Shown piece by piece: positions 18,157 through 28,102 of a stretch of DNA of 64,000 nucleotides. The stretch spans positions 32,001-96,000 of the forward strand of contig JBJKRI010000006.1 in assembly GCA_046704725.1 (NCBI GenBank). Direction: 5' to 3'. The stretch is from Candidatus Woesearchaeota archaeon. GTDB taxonomy: Archaea; Nanobdellota; Nanobdellia; Woesearchaeales; SKIA01. The notes below the pieces were generated by a model that saw nothing but the letters and a program-made list of their open reading frames with translations, was not told where the DNA came from and made no database searches. Numbering within the stretch: the stretch's first letter is position 1; each line of letters begins with the position of its first letter. The position numbers were made by a program, and so were the translations under genes.

Positions 18157-19041
18157 ATGAGCTTTCGCTTGCGGTTCGAACCTGGCGTCCAGCGAGCGTT
18201 CCTCATGGAGGCACGAGAAAGGCTCGAAGGGAGCTGGAAGGACCTGGCGGAATCCATCGGCGTGGACGCCGGGTCTATGCAGGAGTGGAAAGAGGAGCGG
18301 CAGCCCTTGCCGGAGATTGCGTACCAGCGGCTCAAATGGGACCGCAGCTATGATGCGTATATCCAGGAGGTGCTACGAGCGGCAGGCACGCAACGGCACC
18401 TGCGGATGCCGGAGAAGTCCGCGGAGCTCGCGGAGTTCATGGGAGCGATCATGGGGGACGGGAACATCAGCCGCATCCGTGGCAAACCGAAGGTCGTCTG
18501 CTACGAGGTCAGAATCGCGGGGCACGGCGAGCTCGATTACGACTATCTCAAACGCCATCTCGGAGGTATTGCGTCACGGCTGTTCGGTCTTGCAGGCAAG
18601 ATGCGGTTCCACCACAGCAAGGATCACAACTGCGTATACCTGACTTTCTCGAGCAAGGATCTCGTGGAATTCCTCGAGCAGATGGGCGCGCCCGTCGGCA
18701 ACAAGATGGAACAATTTCTCGAGATACCTGACTGGGTGATCGCGGAGGATGCATTCCTCCGCGCGTACATCCGCGGCCTCTTCGACACGGACGGGAGCGT
18801 CTTCCGCATGTCCAACAAAGACCCACAACTATTGCGGATTGGCTTAACATCGTACAACCACAGCCTGATATACGATGTTCGGGCAGCGCTGCGCAATCTC
18901 GGATTCCACCCGTCAAAACCGACGAATCATGAGCGCAGGATCTATCTCTCGCGGAAAGCGGACGTACGAAAGTATTTAAAAGAAATCGGGTTCGCCAATG
19001 ACAAGCACAAGCGAAGGCTTGCGCAGTTCACAGCCCCGTAG
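18157..19041 (+). CDS. Free-standing two-motif LAGLIDADG protein with N-terminal HTH
   Basis: LAEFMGAIMGDGNI and YIRGLFDTDGSV motifs; SWKDLAESIGV..SMQEW HTH; stop TAG lies inside the tRNA. Confidence 0.9.
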   Translation: MSFRLRFEPGVQRAFLMEARERLEGSWKDLAESIGVDAGSMQEWKEERQPLPEIAYQRLKWDRSYDAYIQEVLRAAGTQRHLRMPEKSAELAEFMGAIMGDGNISRIRGKPKVVCYEVRIAGHGELDYDYLKRHLGGIASRLFGLAGKMRFHHSKDHNCVYLTFSSKDLVEFLEQMGAPVGNKMEQFLEIPDWVIAEDAFLRAYIRGLFDTDGSVFRMSNKDPQLLRIGLTSYNHSLIYDVRAALRNLGFHPSKPTNHERRIYLSRKADVRKYLKEIGFANDKHKRRLAQFTAP

Positions 19042-19135
19042 TGTAGAGGCCAAATAGTCGTGCCTTCAATGGACACTAGGTAAATCATCTTCGGCCCTGG
19101 ACCGAAGGACCGCGGTTCGAATCCGCGCGGGGCTA
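19032..19135 (+). tRNA. tRNA-Gln(CTG) with a 31-nt D-loop intron (~19054-19084)
   Basis: Aligns to tRNA-Gln(TTG) at 599 once 31 nt are removed; arm TTCGG-CCCTGGA-CCGAA; intron forms a hairpin with a relaxed bulge-helix-bulge; T-run follows. Confidence 0.9.
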
Positions 19136-19178
19136 TTTTTCGAAAGCCATTTCAATAGACTATGCGGACAGAAAGCCC

Positions 19179-19760
19179 GTGATAACGATCGGCGGCTCGT
19201 TGACCGTCGTGCTCGCGTGCTGGATCGTCATGGGACTCTACTGGGCGGTATCGGCGATCTTCGCCAAGAAGGCCGTCACCAAGCGGGACTGGCGGATCGC
19301 CATCCTCTGGCGGGTCGTGCTCATCGCGGCTGTCATCGTCTTCGTCGCTTCGGACAAGTCCGGCGCGATCGCGTTTTTCGACGCGGTCCTGAGCAGCGCA
19401 TACGCATCGCCCATCGTCGGCTCCATACTCACCGTGATCGGTGTTATCGGGGCGTTGTGGTCGCGCACCGTGCTCGGAAGGAACTGGAGCGGCTATGCGA
19501 CCTACAAGGAAGGGCACGAACTGGTGACGAGCGGTCCGTACCGCATCGTGCGCCACCCGATGTACCTGAGCATCATCCTGATGCTCATCGGCACCATCGT
19601 GTACTACGGCTCGCTTCTCATCCTCGTGGCGCTCGTCGGTTTCACCATCATGTTCGTGCGGCGCATCCACAAGGAGGACGCGTACATGCAGCAGCTCTTC
19701 GGCAAGCGTTTCGAGAGGTACGCGCAAAGCACTCGCGCATTGATCCCGTGGGTGTGGTGA
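19179..19760 (+). CDS. Isoprenylcysteine carboxyl methyltransferase (ICMT/Ste14) family protein
   Basis: LGRNWS, HELVTSGPYRIVRHPMY, RIHKED..F..Y..LIP. Confidence 0.92.
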   Translation: MITIGGSLTVVLACWIVMGLYWAVSAIFAKKAVTKRDWRIAILWRVVLIAAVIVFVASDKSGAIAFFDAVLSSAYASPIVGSILTVIGVIGALWSRTVLGRNWSGYATYKEGHELVTSGPYRIVRHPMYLSIILMLIGTIVYYGSLLILVALVGFTIMFVRRIHKEDAYMQQLFGKRFERYAQSTRALIPWVW

Positions 19761-19765
19761 GGCGC

Positions 19766-20137
19766 TCAGCGACCATCGACAGGAAGTCGTTTCTCCCGGT
19801 TCCAATACCAGTCGGCATAGAACAGCCCCGAGACGAGGAACGCGGGCCCCGCTATCAGGAACATCCAGCCGAACATGTACGGCTCGAAGCTGCCGGCGAG
19901 AAAGACGATGTACGAGAAGCCGGCGATGAGGAATCCGAAGGCACCGATCACGGGTCGCTTCCAGGCGAGCACGACCACCGCGAGCAATACTAGGTCGGGG
20001 ATGTTGTGGATGAGGAGGGCGAGCACCGCTTCCCAACCAGTGGCGGTCGAGAAGACGTCGAAGGAGAACAAGGCGAGAAAGCCCACGAAGAGCAGCGCGA
20101 GGATGCGCGGCGTCCAGAACAGCCAGGGCTTTTCCAT
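19766..20137 (-). CDS. Small four-TM hypothetical protein
   Basis: WTPRIL..FSFDVF..HNIP..AWK; ATG at 20137. Confidence 0.8.
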   Translation of the reverse strand: MEKPWLFWTPRILALLFVGFLALFSFDVFSTATGWEAVLALLIHNIPDLVLLAVVVLAWKRPVIGAFGFLIAGFSYIVFLAGSFEPYMFGWMFLIAGPAFLVSGLFYADWYWNREKRLPVDGR

Positions 20138-20229
20138 GCGGGATACATGTATCCGCTCCAAATAAGCCTGTCGCCTCGCCCGTATGTGCAACACAAGCAC
20201 CTATATAGTCGCTGCAGGGAGAAAAACCG

Positions 20230-21531
20230 ATGGGTGAGAAGATCGGATTCTGGTCCGCCACCGCCATCGGCATCGGCGGCATGGTCGGCGGAGGCATCTT
20301 CGCAGTATTGGGCCTCGCAGCAGGACTCGGCCACGGCGGGACGCCCGTCGCGTTCCTGGTCGCAGGGCTTGTCGCTCTCATCACCTCGTACTCGTACGCG
20401 CATCTTTCCGTGAAATACCCGTCAGAGGGCGGGACGGTCGCGTTCCTCAACCGCGCCTTCGGCAAAGGACCACTCACGGGCGGGCTCAACGTATTGCTCT
20501 TCTTGAGCTATGTCGTCATGCTCTCGCTCTACGCCTACGCGCTGGGAAGCTACGGGAGCGCATTCCTCCCGGAAGCGTACCGGGCGTTCGGAAAGCACCT
20601 CATCATCACGGGGAGCGTGCTCGCGCTCATGCTCGTGAACGTCCTGCAGGCCAACGTCGTCGGACACGTGGAGAAGATCATCGTGGGATTCAAGCTCACC
20701 ATACTCTCCTTGTTCATCGTCGTGGGCATCTGGGGGGTGCACACGGCCAAGCTCGCCGTCTCGAACTGGCCGTCGACGACGATGCTCCTCGCCGGGGGCA
20801 TGATCATCTTCTTGGCGTACGAGGGATTCGAGCTCATCGCGAACACCGCCAAAGACATCAAGGACCCGTCGAAGACGCTCCCACGCGCATACTACGCGTC
20901 GGTCATCAGCGTCATCGTCTTGTACGTGCTCATCGCGGCCATCACTGTCGGCACGCTCAGCCCATCAGCGATCGCCGCGGCGAAAGACTACGCGCTCGCG
21001 GCGGTCGCGCAGGGATTCCTCGGACAGACCGGCTTCATCCTCATCGGCATCGCCGCCATCCTCTCCACGGCGTCCGCGATCAACGCGACATTGTACGGGG
21101 CGTGCCGGATCAGCTACACCATCGCGAAGGACGGCCAGCTCCCACACGACCTGCAACGCAAGGTCTGGAAGCGACCCATCGAGGGATTGTTCATCTCGAC
21201 TGCCGTGACGATCATCGTCGCGAACTTCTTCAACCTCTCGCGCATCTCCTTGATGGGAAGCGCGGGCTTTCTCATCGTTTTCGCCGCGGTGAACTGGGCG
21301 AACGCGCGGCTCGCGCACGAGACTGGCAGCCGCCGGTGGGTCGCGATCACCGGGGCGCTGCTGTGCCTTGCCGCCTTCGGCTCGCTCACGTGGTATGTCG
21401 TGAACAACAGCCCTGGCGAACTGTGGTTCCTCGGAGGATTGGTGGCGGTATCGTTCCTCATCGAGCTCACCTACCGCTCCTTCGGACGCGGCCTTGTGTC
21501 GAGCAAGCCGGGCGCGCTGCAGCGCGAATGA
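20230..21531 (+). CDS. APC family amino acid permease
   Basis: GIGGMVGGGIF, PSEGG, FLAYEGFE; ~12 TM. Confidence 0.95.
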   Translation: MGEKIGFWSATAIGIGGMVGGGIFAVLGLAAGLGHGGTPVAFLVAGLVALITSYSYAHLSVKYPSEGGTVAFLNRAFGKGPLTGGLNVLLFLSYVVMLSLYAYALGSYGSAFLPEAYRAFGKHLIITGSVLALMLVNVLQANVVGHVEKIIVGFKLTILSLFIVVGIWGVHTAKLAVSNWPSTTMLLAGGMIIFLAYEGFELIANTAKDIKDPSKTLPRAYYASVISVIVLYVLIAAITVGTLSPSAIAAAKDYALAAVAQGFLGQTGFILIGIAAILSTASAINATLYGACRISYTIAKDGQLPHDLQRKVWKRPIEGLFISTAVTIIVANFFNLSRISLMGSAGFLIVFAAVNWANARLAHETGSRRWVAITGALLCLAAFGSLTWYVVNNSPGELWFLGGLVAVSFLIELTYRSFGRGLVSSKPGALQRE

Positions 21532-21566
21532 AAGCGTAGTACGTACTGCGACAGATATTCCGCAAG

Positions 21567-22421
21567 ATGGGCGAAAAGCAGATGAAGCGGAACGAACTCC
21601 ACCACGGTATGGGGGACGACCCAGAAAAGCTAGCTGCCACCTTGCTGGACACGCCATTCGAACGGCTGGCCGGAGGCCGTAGCCGCTGGACGTATGCGGA
21701 TACTGATCGCGTCGCGACCATCGGACACGAGGACTTCTGTGTGCGGGCCGCAGTAGCGAGCATTCTGAGCGCGAACGGAATCCCGACGCCCAAGGTAGTC
21801 GCATACGGAGAACGTGACGGTCTCGGATTCCTCGTCACGACGAGAGTGGATGGCGCATTGATCCCCGAAGGAACGTCGCCGACCAGAAACGAGCAATACG
21901 CGGCAGGAGAACTCCTTCGACGCATCCATGGGGTTGCTGTGCAGGGGTATGGACCATTGAACGCGCGTCTTATCGGCCGGCAGCGCACATGGGAAGAAGC
22001 GTTCCAAGCGTATCGCACGGACTCGATCGAAACAGTACGGCAATCGGGGCATGACGAGATCGCCGACGAGCTCGGAGTTGCCACGGAACGCCCCGTCCAG
22101 CCCTGGACGAGTACGTTGCTTCACGGGGACTATCACATCCGTAATATCCTGTTCAACCACGAAAATCCAGCGATCATCGATCTTGAGCGCGTCATGGCAG
22201 GGCACCCGGCATGGGACGTGGCGTACTATCAACACACCTCCGGCGGCACGGACAAATATTTTTCCCTCGGCTATGGAACGATGCCCGCAGAAGAACAGGT
22301 GCTCATGTGCGCTGCGGTCCTCTGGGGAAAGAAGCTCGGCGTGCAGACACGCACACGTCCTGAGCTAGCTCGCCGGACAAGAAGCGTTCTCCTGGGGATA
22401 CTTGAGCGGCTCAGGACGTAG
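21567..22421 (+). CDS. Aminoglycoside phosphotransferase-like kinase
   Basis: IPTPKV, LLHGDYHIRNIL, IIDLE, GHPAWD. Confidence 0.85.
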   Translation: MGEKQMKRNELHHGMGDDPEKLAATLLDTPFERLAGGRSRWTYADTDRVATIGHEDFCVRAAVASILSANGIPTPKVVAYGERDGLGFLVTTRVDGALIPEGTSPTRNEQYAAGELLRRIHGVAVQGYGPLNARLIGRQRTWEEAFQAYRTDSIETVRQSGHDEIADELGVATERPVQPWTSTLLHGDYHIRNILFNHENPAIIDLERVMAGHPAWDVAYYQHTSGGTDKYFSLGYGTMPAEEQVLMCAAVLWGKKLGVQTRTRPELARRTRSVLLGILERLRT

Positions 22422-22995
22422 GCACATTAAGGGAAACGCATACGACACCCTCCCGACCATCGTCGAGAAGGAAGTGCGAAATCGCGCCGTGATCCACGCG
22501 CAGCCTAAATATCGCGCGCTCGATGGATAGATCGAGGAGCACGGAGAACAGGACCTTGAGGAACGCTCCATGGGAGACCACGACTACATCCCCATCAGTC
22601 GCTCGAAGCGCATCCAGGAAAGCGCGGGCACGACGCTCGACATCGAGGAGGCTCTCCCCGCCGGGCGGTCGTCGGGAGAGCACGTCCGACCCCAGCGATT
22701 CCCATTCCGCATCCGTCACGTGACGGCCTTCCCACTCCCCGCCTTCCTTTTCGCGCGCGAGAGCGGAATCGACGAGCGGGATCCCTAATGAATCGCTGAT
22801 TGCACGCGCCGCGTTACGACAGCGCGGAAGAGGACTTGTGAAAACGCGGTCGATTTTTCGGCCGGAGCACCAATCAACGAGCGCCACGGATTGCTCGCGG
22901 CCACTAGGAGAAAGATGCTCCTGATGAGAACGCTGGAGCACACGTTTCTTGTTGTCGACCGTTTCCGGATGCCTGACGAAATAGACGTGGCGCAT
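22411..22995 (-). CDS. Histidine phosphatase (PGM family)
   Basis: RHPET (RHG variant), SPLPRC, GEWEG, PGGES, VSHG. Confidence 0.9.
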   Translation of the reverse strand: MRHVYFVRHPETVDNKKRVLQRSHQEHLSPSGREQSVALVDWCSGRKIDRVFTSPLPRCRNAARAISDSLGIPLVDSALAREKEGGEWEGRHVTDAEWESLGSDVLSRRPPGGESLLDVERRARAFLDALRATDGDVVVVSHGAFLKVLFSVLLDLSIERAIFRLRVDHGAISHFLLDDGREGVVCVSLNVPTS

Positions 22996-23022
22996 CGATG
23001 ATTAGGGGGTCCTTGCTGGACC

Positions 23023-23355
23023 TTAAATCTGTCTGTTTGCTGCCTTAGCACCACCCGACAGGGCGGCACGCGCCACCTTGGTGTACCGGCTTTCAAGTGC
23101 CGGATTGTTCGCGATGTAGCGTAGCGTGGAGGGACTGACGCGCGCATGACGCCCGATGACCCGGAGGAGGTACCTATTCGCCGGCGCGGACGCGACTCGC
23201 GCGAGGCGGTCAAGAATACCGGAACTGCACAGAGGACTCGCGAGGATAGACCCGATGACCGCCCACTCGGAGCTTTGACAGAGCTGTTCCGCTAGGCGCT
23301 CGAATCCTTCCGCGTCGCCCGCTCGACTGCAACCCCACAGTGCCGCGATCTGCAC
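23023..23355 (-). CDS. Helical hypothetical protein, possibly 5'-truncated
   Basis: Frame stays open well upstream of the only start codon, into the previous gene. Confidence 0.45.
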   Translation of the reverse strand: MQIAALWGCSRAGDAEGFERLAEQLCQSSEWAVIGSILASPLCSSGILDRLARVASAPANRYLLRVIGRHARVSPSTLRYIANNPALESRYTKVARAALSGGAKAANRQI

Positions 23356-23450
23356 CAGTCGGTCGTCGGTGAGGTCTACATCGGCATATGAGCCATCAAG
23401 CGCTGCGCGAATCCTCGGAATCGGGGCTCCCGCCCGCCTCAGAGAAGCGG

Positions 23451-23852
23451 TCAGCGCAACATCAGCAGCACGCCGGAATACGTCGCCTCCACCTCGTTCT
23501 TCATGTTCGAGCCTTTGCGGAATTCGCCCTCGTACGCCTGCATCTGGCCGCCGAGAGTGGTCAATACCCCGCCCGAGACGCGGTAGACGACCTTGTACTG
23601 GACAGGAGCCGCCTGCGACGACGGCGTAGGCTGCGTGACGGTCTTGGGCGTGGAGGCTGGAGCGAAAAGACCGTTATCCACATGGAATACCGCGACGGCC
23701 ACGAAGGCGACGACGAGCAAGGCGACTACGATGAAGACGATGAGTCCGAGATGGCCCTTGCGCTTCTCGGGGGGAGCCGTTTCTGGAACCGGTGCGGCTT
23801 CCGTTGCTGCCTGTTCCTGCGCGACGGGCTGCGCATCCGTCGATACGTCCAT
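23451..23852 (-). CDS. Single-TM hypothetical protein, possibly 3'-truncated
   Basis: TATA upstream, acidic N-terminus, TM, P/T linker, then a short beta-rich segment that ends abruptly. Confidence 0.7.
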   Translation of the reverse strand: MDVSTDAQPVAQEQAATEAAPVPETAPPEKRKGHLGLIVFIVVALLVVAFVAVAVFHVDNGLFAPASTPKTVTQPTPSSQAAPVQYKVVYRVSGGVLTTLGGQMQAYEGEFRKGSNMKNEVEATYSGVLLMLR

Positions 23853-23918
23853 AATAGGACCTTTCCCGGATGGGGGAGTTATAAATGTTCGTCTTTACGT
23901 CGAAAGCGCGACAAGAGC

Positions 23919-24470
23919 CTATCCTCCGCGAAAACCCGTCGCTACCACGTACATCTCCTTGCTCGAGCTGCGCGAAGTCGGCGGCTTGGTCGTCTTCACG
24001 AAGGAGAAGTGCGGCCTGACGTGCGATAAGAACTCCTCGAAGTCCGGCCCCTGGAAGATCTTGCACACGAAGTTGCCGCCCGGGCGCAGACGCTGTTTCG
24101 CGATCTCCAAGACGCGCTCGGAGAGCAGGTAGGACAGGTACTGGTCGCGGGCGTTGCCAGCCGTGTTCACCATAGCGTCGGACAAGACGACGTCCGCAGC
24201 GGGCAGCCGCTCGAGGACGCTGTCGTCGAACAAATCGCCCTGGATGAAGGTGACGTTATCGACAGGAAGTTGCGGCTTGAGGTCCACGGCGGTCACCGGA
24301 GCGTATCGCGCGGCGACAAGGCTCCAACCCCCAGGCCAGCTGCCGAGATCAAGGATGCCCCTCGCCTTGGAGAGCAGGCTGTACTTCTTGTCGAGCTCCT
24401 TGAGCTTGTAGGCGCTGCGCGCGCGGAGTCCCTCACGCTTGGCCCGGTCGGTCGCTTTGCGGCTGCGCAT
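23919..24470 (-). CDS. rlmE: 23S rRNA 2'-O-methyltransferase RlmE/FtsJ
   Basis: RARSAYKL, LDLGSWPGGW, VLSD, KIFQG, SRSSSKEMY (K-D-K-E tetrad). Confidence 0.95.
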   Translation of the reverse strand: MRSRKATDRAKREGLRARSAYKLKELDKKYSLLSKARGILDLGSWPGGWSLVAARYAPVTAVDLKPQLPVDNVTFIQGDLFDDSVLERLPAADVVLSDAMVNTAGNARDQYLSYLLSERVLEIAKQRLRPGGNFVCKIFQGPDFEEFLSHVRPHFSFVKTTKPPTSRSSSKEMYVVATGFRGG

Positions 24471-24545
24471 ACGCCAGAGAATCCTGCACGCTTCTTGAAA
24501 CTACCGCGCGATACAGTTAAATCGACCGGTAACATCCCCTCCAAA

Positions 24546-25091
24546 GTGGTACTCAATCCCGGACTGCGCTCCAAAAAGGCGCACGAGCTGCTCTATTGCC
24601 TCGAACCCCTGCTCTCGCAGCAGCCATACACAGGCAGGAGGATCATGTGGAACGTTATCCACCGGACATCGACGGATTTCGACCTCATCCTGCAAGAGCG
24701 GTTCAGGAACACCACCTATCAGGCTCTGTGGCAGTACCGGTTCGATCTGGACCTCACCGAAGAAACCGATCTCTGGGACGCGCTCACGATCACCGTGCAC
24801 ACGGGACGCGAGGCGATCTTCGCCCAGTACACCCACCTGGACAGCGACCAGCATTATGAGAAGCTCGAAGCGCGCGTCGGGACGAGCCGCCTGCGCCCGA
24901 TCAGCCACGCGCAAGACCTGACGCCCGCCAGCGTGCGCAATTCCGTGCGCATCCCGTCGATCCGCCATGCATTCGACCATTGGATGTCGGATGACGCGGT
25001 CGACGAGCGTATCAATGGCTGGGTGTCGCATCTGAGCGCATACGCCAGACGAGGACAGACGGCGTACTTACTTGCGCTCGAACGACGGTAA
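24546..25091 (+). CDS. Hypothetical protein
   Basis: Open frame; GTG 24546 follows a TATA box, alternative ATG 24645 has SD AGGAGG. Confidence 0.6.
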   Translation: MVLNPGLRSKKAHELLYCLEPLLSQQPYTGRRIMWNVIHRTSTDFDLILQERFRNTTYQALWQYRFDLDLTEETDLWDALTITVHTGREAIFAQYTHLDSDQHYEKLEARVGTSRLRPISHAQDLTPASVRNSVRIPSIRHAFDHWMSDDAVDERINGWVSHLSAYARRGQTAYLLALERR

Positions 25092-25161
25092 AGAAACCAA
25101 CGCTTAAATACCGACCTTCGCTCCGAAATACGGTACGTCTTCTCCAGGACTTCCGCAGACA

Positions 25162-26382
<1,221 letters not shown>

Positions 26383-26521
26383 ATAAAGCGATTACGGCCA
26401 GACGAGCGCCGCGACACGCAGCTTTATATACCCAAGGGTCCTCCCCGGCATACCATCAACGTACCGTAACCGTTCACGATTCTTCGTACCAGTTACCGAG
26501 TACCGTTCGAGGAGGAACAAC

Positions 26522-26728
26522 ATGAAAACCGGAACAGTGAAATTCTTCTACAGCACGAAGAACTTCGGATTCGTCAAGGAAGACGACAATGAAGGAGTCG
26601 AGTACTTCTTCCACGGCAGCACCGTCCAAGGACCCGCCGTCAGCGACGGCGACAAGGTCTCGTTCGAGACCGAGCAGTCCGACCGCGGTCCACGCGCGGT
26701 GAACGTCAAGAAGGCGGACGCCGAGTAA
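26522..26728 (+). CDS. csp: Cold-shock protein
   Basis: GTVKFF..KNFGFV, YFFH, GPRAVNV; SD GGAGG. Confidence 0.95.
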   Translation: MKTGTVKFFYSTKNFGFVKEDDNEGVEYFFHGSTVQGPAVSDGDKVSFETEQSDRGPRAVNVKKADAE

Positions 26729-26730
26729 GA

Positions 26731-26766
26731 GCGGCGCAAGCCGCCCATTTTCTTTTTCATTTCTTT
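26731..26766 (+). terminator. Hairpin plus T-rich terminator after csp
   Basis: GCGGC-GCAA-GCCGC followed by TTTTCTTTTT. Confidence 0.7.
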
Positions 26767-26785
26767 CCACAACACCTAAATTCTG

Positions 26786-27289
26786 ATGCCGTCTCGCGCT
26801 GGTATGCGATCCGCCAGGCCATGCAGATGGCGTTTGTACTCTACCGTATTCGCGGCAGGAGTCGCGCTCGGAGCCATCGGAACAACGCTCGTCCGACCGC
26901 GCGTGGAAGGGCGTATCGTGGCGCGTATCCCCTTCGAGAACTACACCATCACATTGACGCAACAGGCGTTCGACCCGCACAGCATCCAGGACACCGCTGG
27001 AAAGCACCTGCGGATGCGTTCGAACGAGGTGGACGTCGCGTTCCGCGACGGACGCGACATCCGTTGCTATCGGAGCGCTGCATTCCCGTTCTTCTCCGAC
27101 TCGATCCCCGAGGATTATGACCGGGTGGACTTCAGTTATACGAGCAGCGCCCACGGCAAGCAGACCATCGAAGTCACGCCCGATATCGCGCTGAGAGAAA
27201 TGGTCGAGCAGCCGTATCTGCGATGGGAAAGCATGTGCGAAGAAGGGGTCAATCTCCTGGGCAAGATCAGCAAGGAGCTTCTAAAATAG
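26786..27289 (+). CDS. Single-TM hypothetical protein
   Basis: Hydrophobic N-terminal segment; start uncertain. Confidence 0.6.
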   Translation: MPSRAGMRSARPCRWRLYSTVFAAGVALGAIGTTLVRPRVEGRIVARIPFENYTITLTQQAFDPHSIQDTAGKHLRMRSNEVDVAFRDGRDIRCYRSAAFPFFSDSIPEDYDRVDFSYTSSAHGKQTIEVTPDIALREMVEQPYLRWESMCEEGVNLLGKISKELLK

Positions 27290-27310
27290 AAAAAAAAAGA
27301 AAATGCGGTC

Positions 27311-27976
27311 TTAATGCTTACCAGTGCCGGAAGCGAAGTGCGCGTTCGGCGGCGTCTTCAGCAATCCCGTCGCATTCCCGATGCCCTTACCGGGGACGCT
27401 GTTGTTGAGCAGGATCGCAGCGCGCGTCGTGCTGTTCGTCTCATTTTCTCCCGTCTGATTGCCAGTGGTGTTTCCACCGGTCGAATTCTCGACCATGCCG
27501 GTCTCCGGGATGCCCGTCGTGTTCATCGTCGAACCGTTGATGTTGAAGCGGGTCCAGTTGAAAGCGTAGGGATACGTGCCGTTCTGAAGCGTGCCGAACA
27601 CTGAGCGCACCTCCACATACTGATATGCGTTTATCGTGTACGCTTCCGACGCGTTGGTGAGGCACAGATACGGGTAGAGATCCTGGAATGACGGATTGAA
27701 ATTGTAGATGCTGCTAGATTGGCTTGTGTCTCCGTCGGAGCGGATCTCGTAGCATTCCTGGATATGCATAGGATTGACGAACTTCAACGTGAGCCAGTTC
27801 GATGCGGAGCCCACGGTGAGCGTGATAGGGTTGTCCGTCCCCAATGGTATCTGATAGACGTATTGATGGCCCTGTTGCATGTTCAGCTGGTTCGTGCTCG
27901 GAAAGATGTACGCGCCCGCGGCGGCAGCCATGCCGAGCAGGAGAGCGACACCGATGAGACCTTTCATGAATCGCAT
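27311..27976 (-). CDS. Secreted hypothetical glycoprotein
   Basis: Signal peptide MRFMKGL..., NxT-rich linker, C-terminal NNSVPGKGI..ATGL tail. Confidence 0.8.
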   Translation of the reverse strand: MRFMKGLIGVALLLGMAAAAGAYIFPSTNQLNMQQGHQYVYQIPLGTDNPITLTVGSASNWLTLKFVNPMHIQECYEIRSDGDTSQSSSIYNFNPSFQDLYPYLCLTNASEAYTINAYQYVEVRSVFGTLQNGTYPYAFNWTRFNINGSTMNTTGIPETGMVENSTGGNTTGNQTGENETNSTTRAAILLNNSVPGKGIGNATGLLKTPPNAHFASGTGKH

Positions 27977-28102
27977 ATTGTATTCCCCCAAGGCGCGGCC
28001 TGCGGCCACGCCAGAGAAGGGCATTCCGGAATGCTATAAATATCCTGCGTCGGCAACCAGAGGTTCAGAGAAACTATAAAGCGGAGCGAGCCCCGAGCAG
28101 GC

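Noticed and set aside
18031-19041. LAGLIDADG as an intein or as an ORF inside a tRNA/rRNA intron
   Set aside because: No Hint-domain termini and no RNA exon upstream; the complete tRNA 5' exon begins at the ORF's end
599-19135. Identical 3' ends of the two tRNA-Gln genes as attL/attR of an 18.5-kb integrated element
   Set aside because: Both are full-length isoacceptors with different anticodons; no integrase; the intervening genes are ordinary cellular genes
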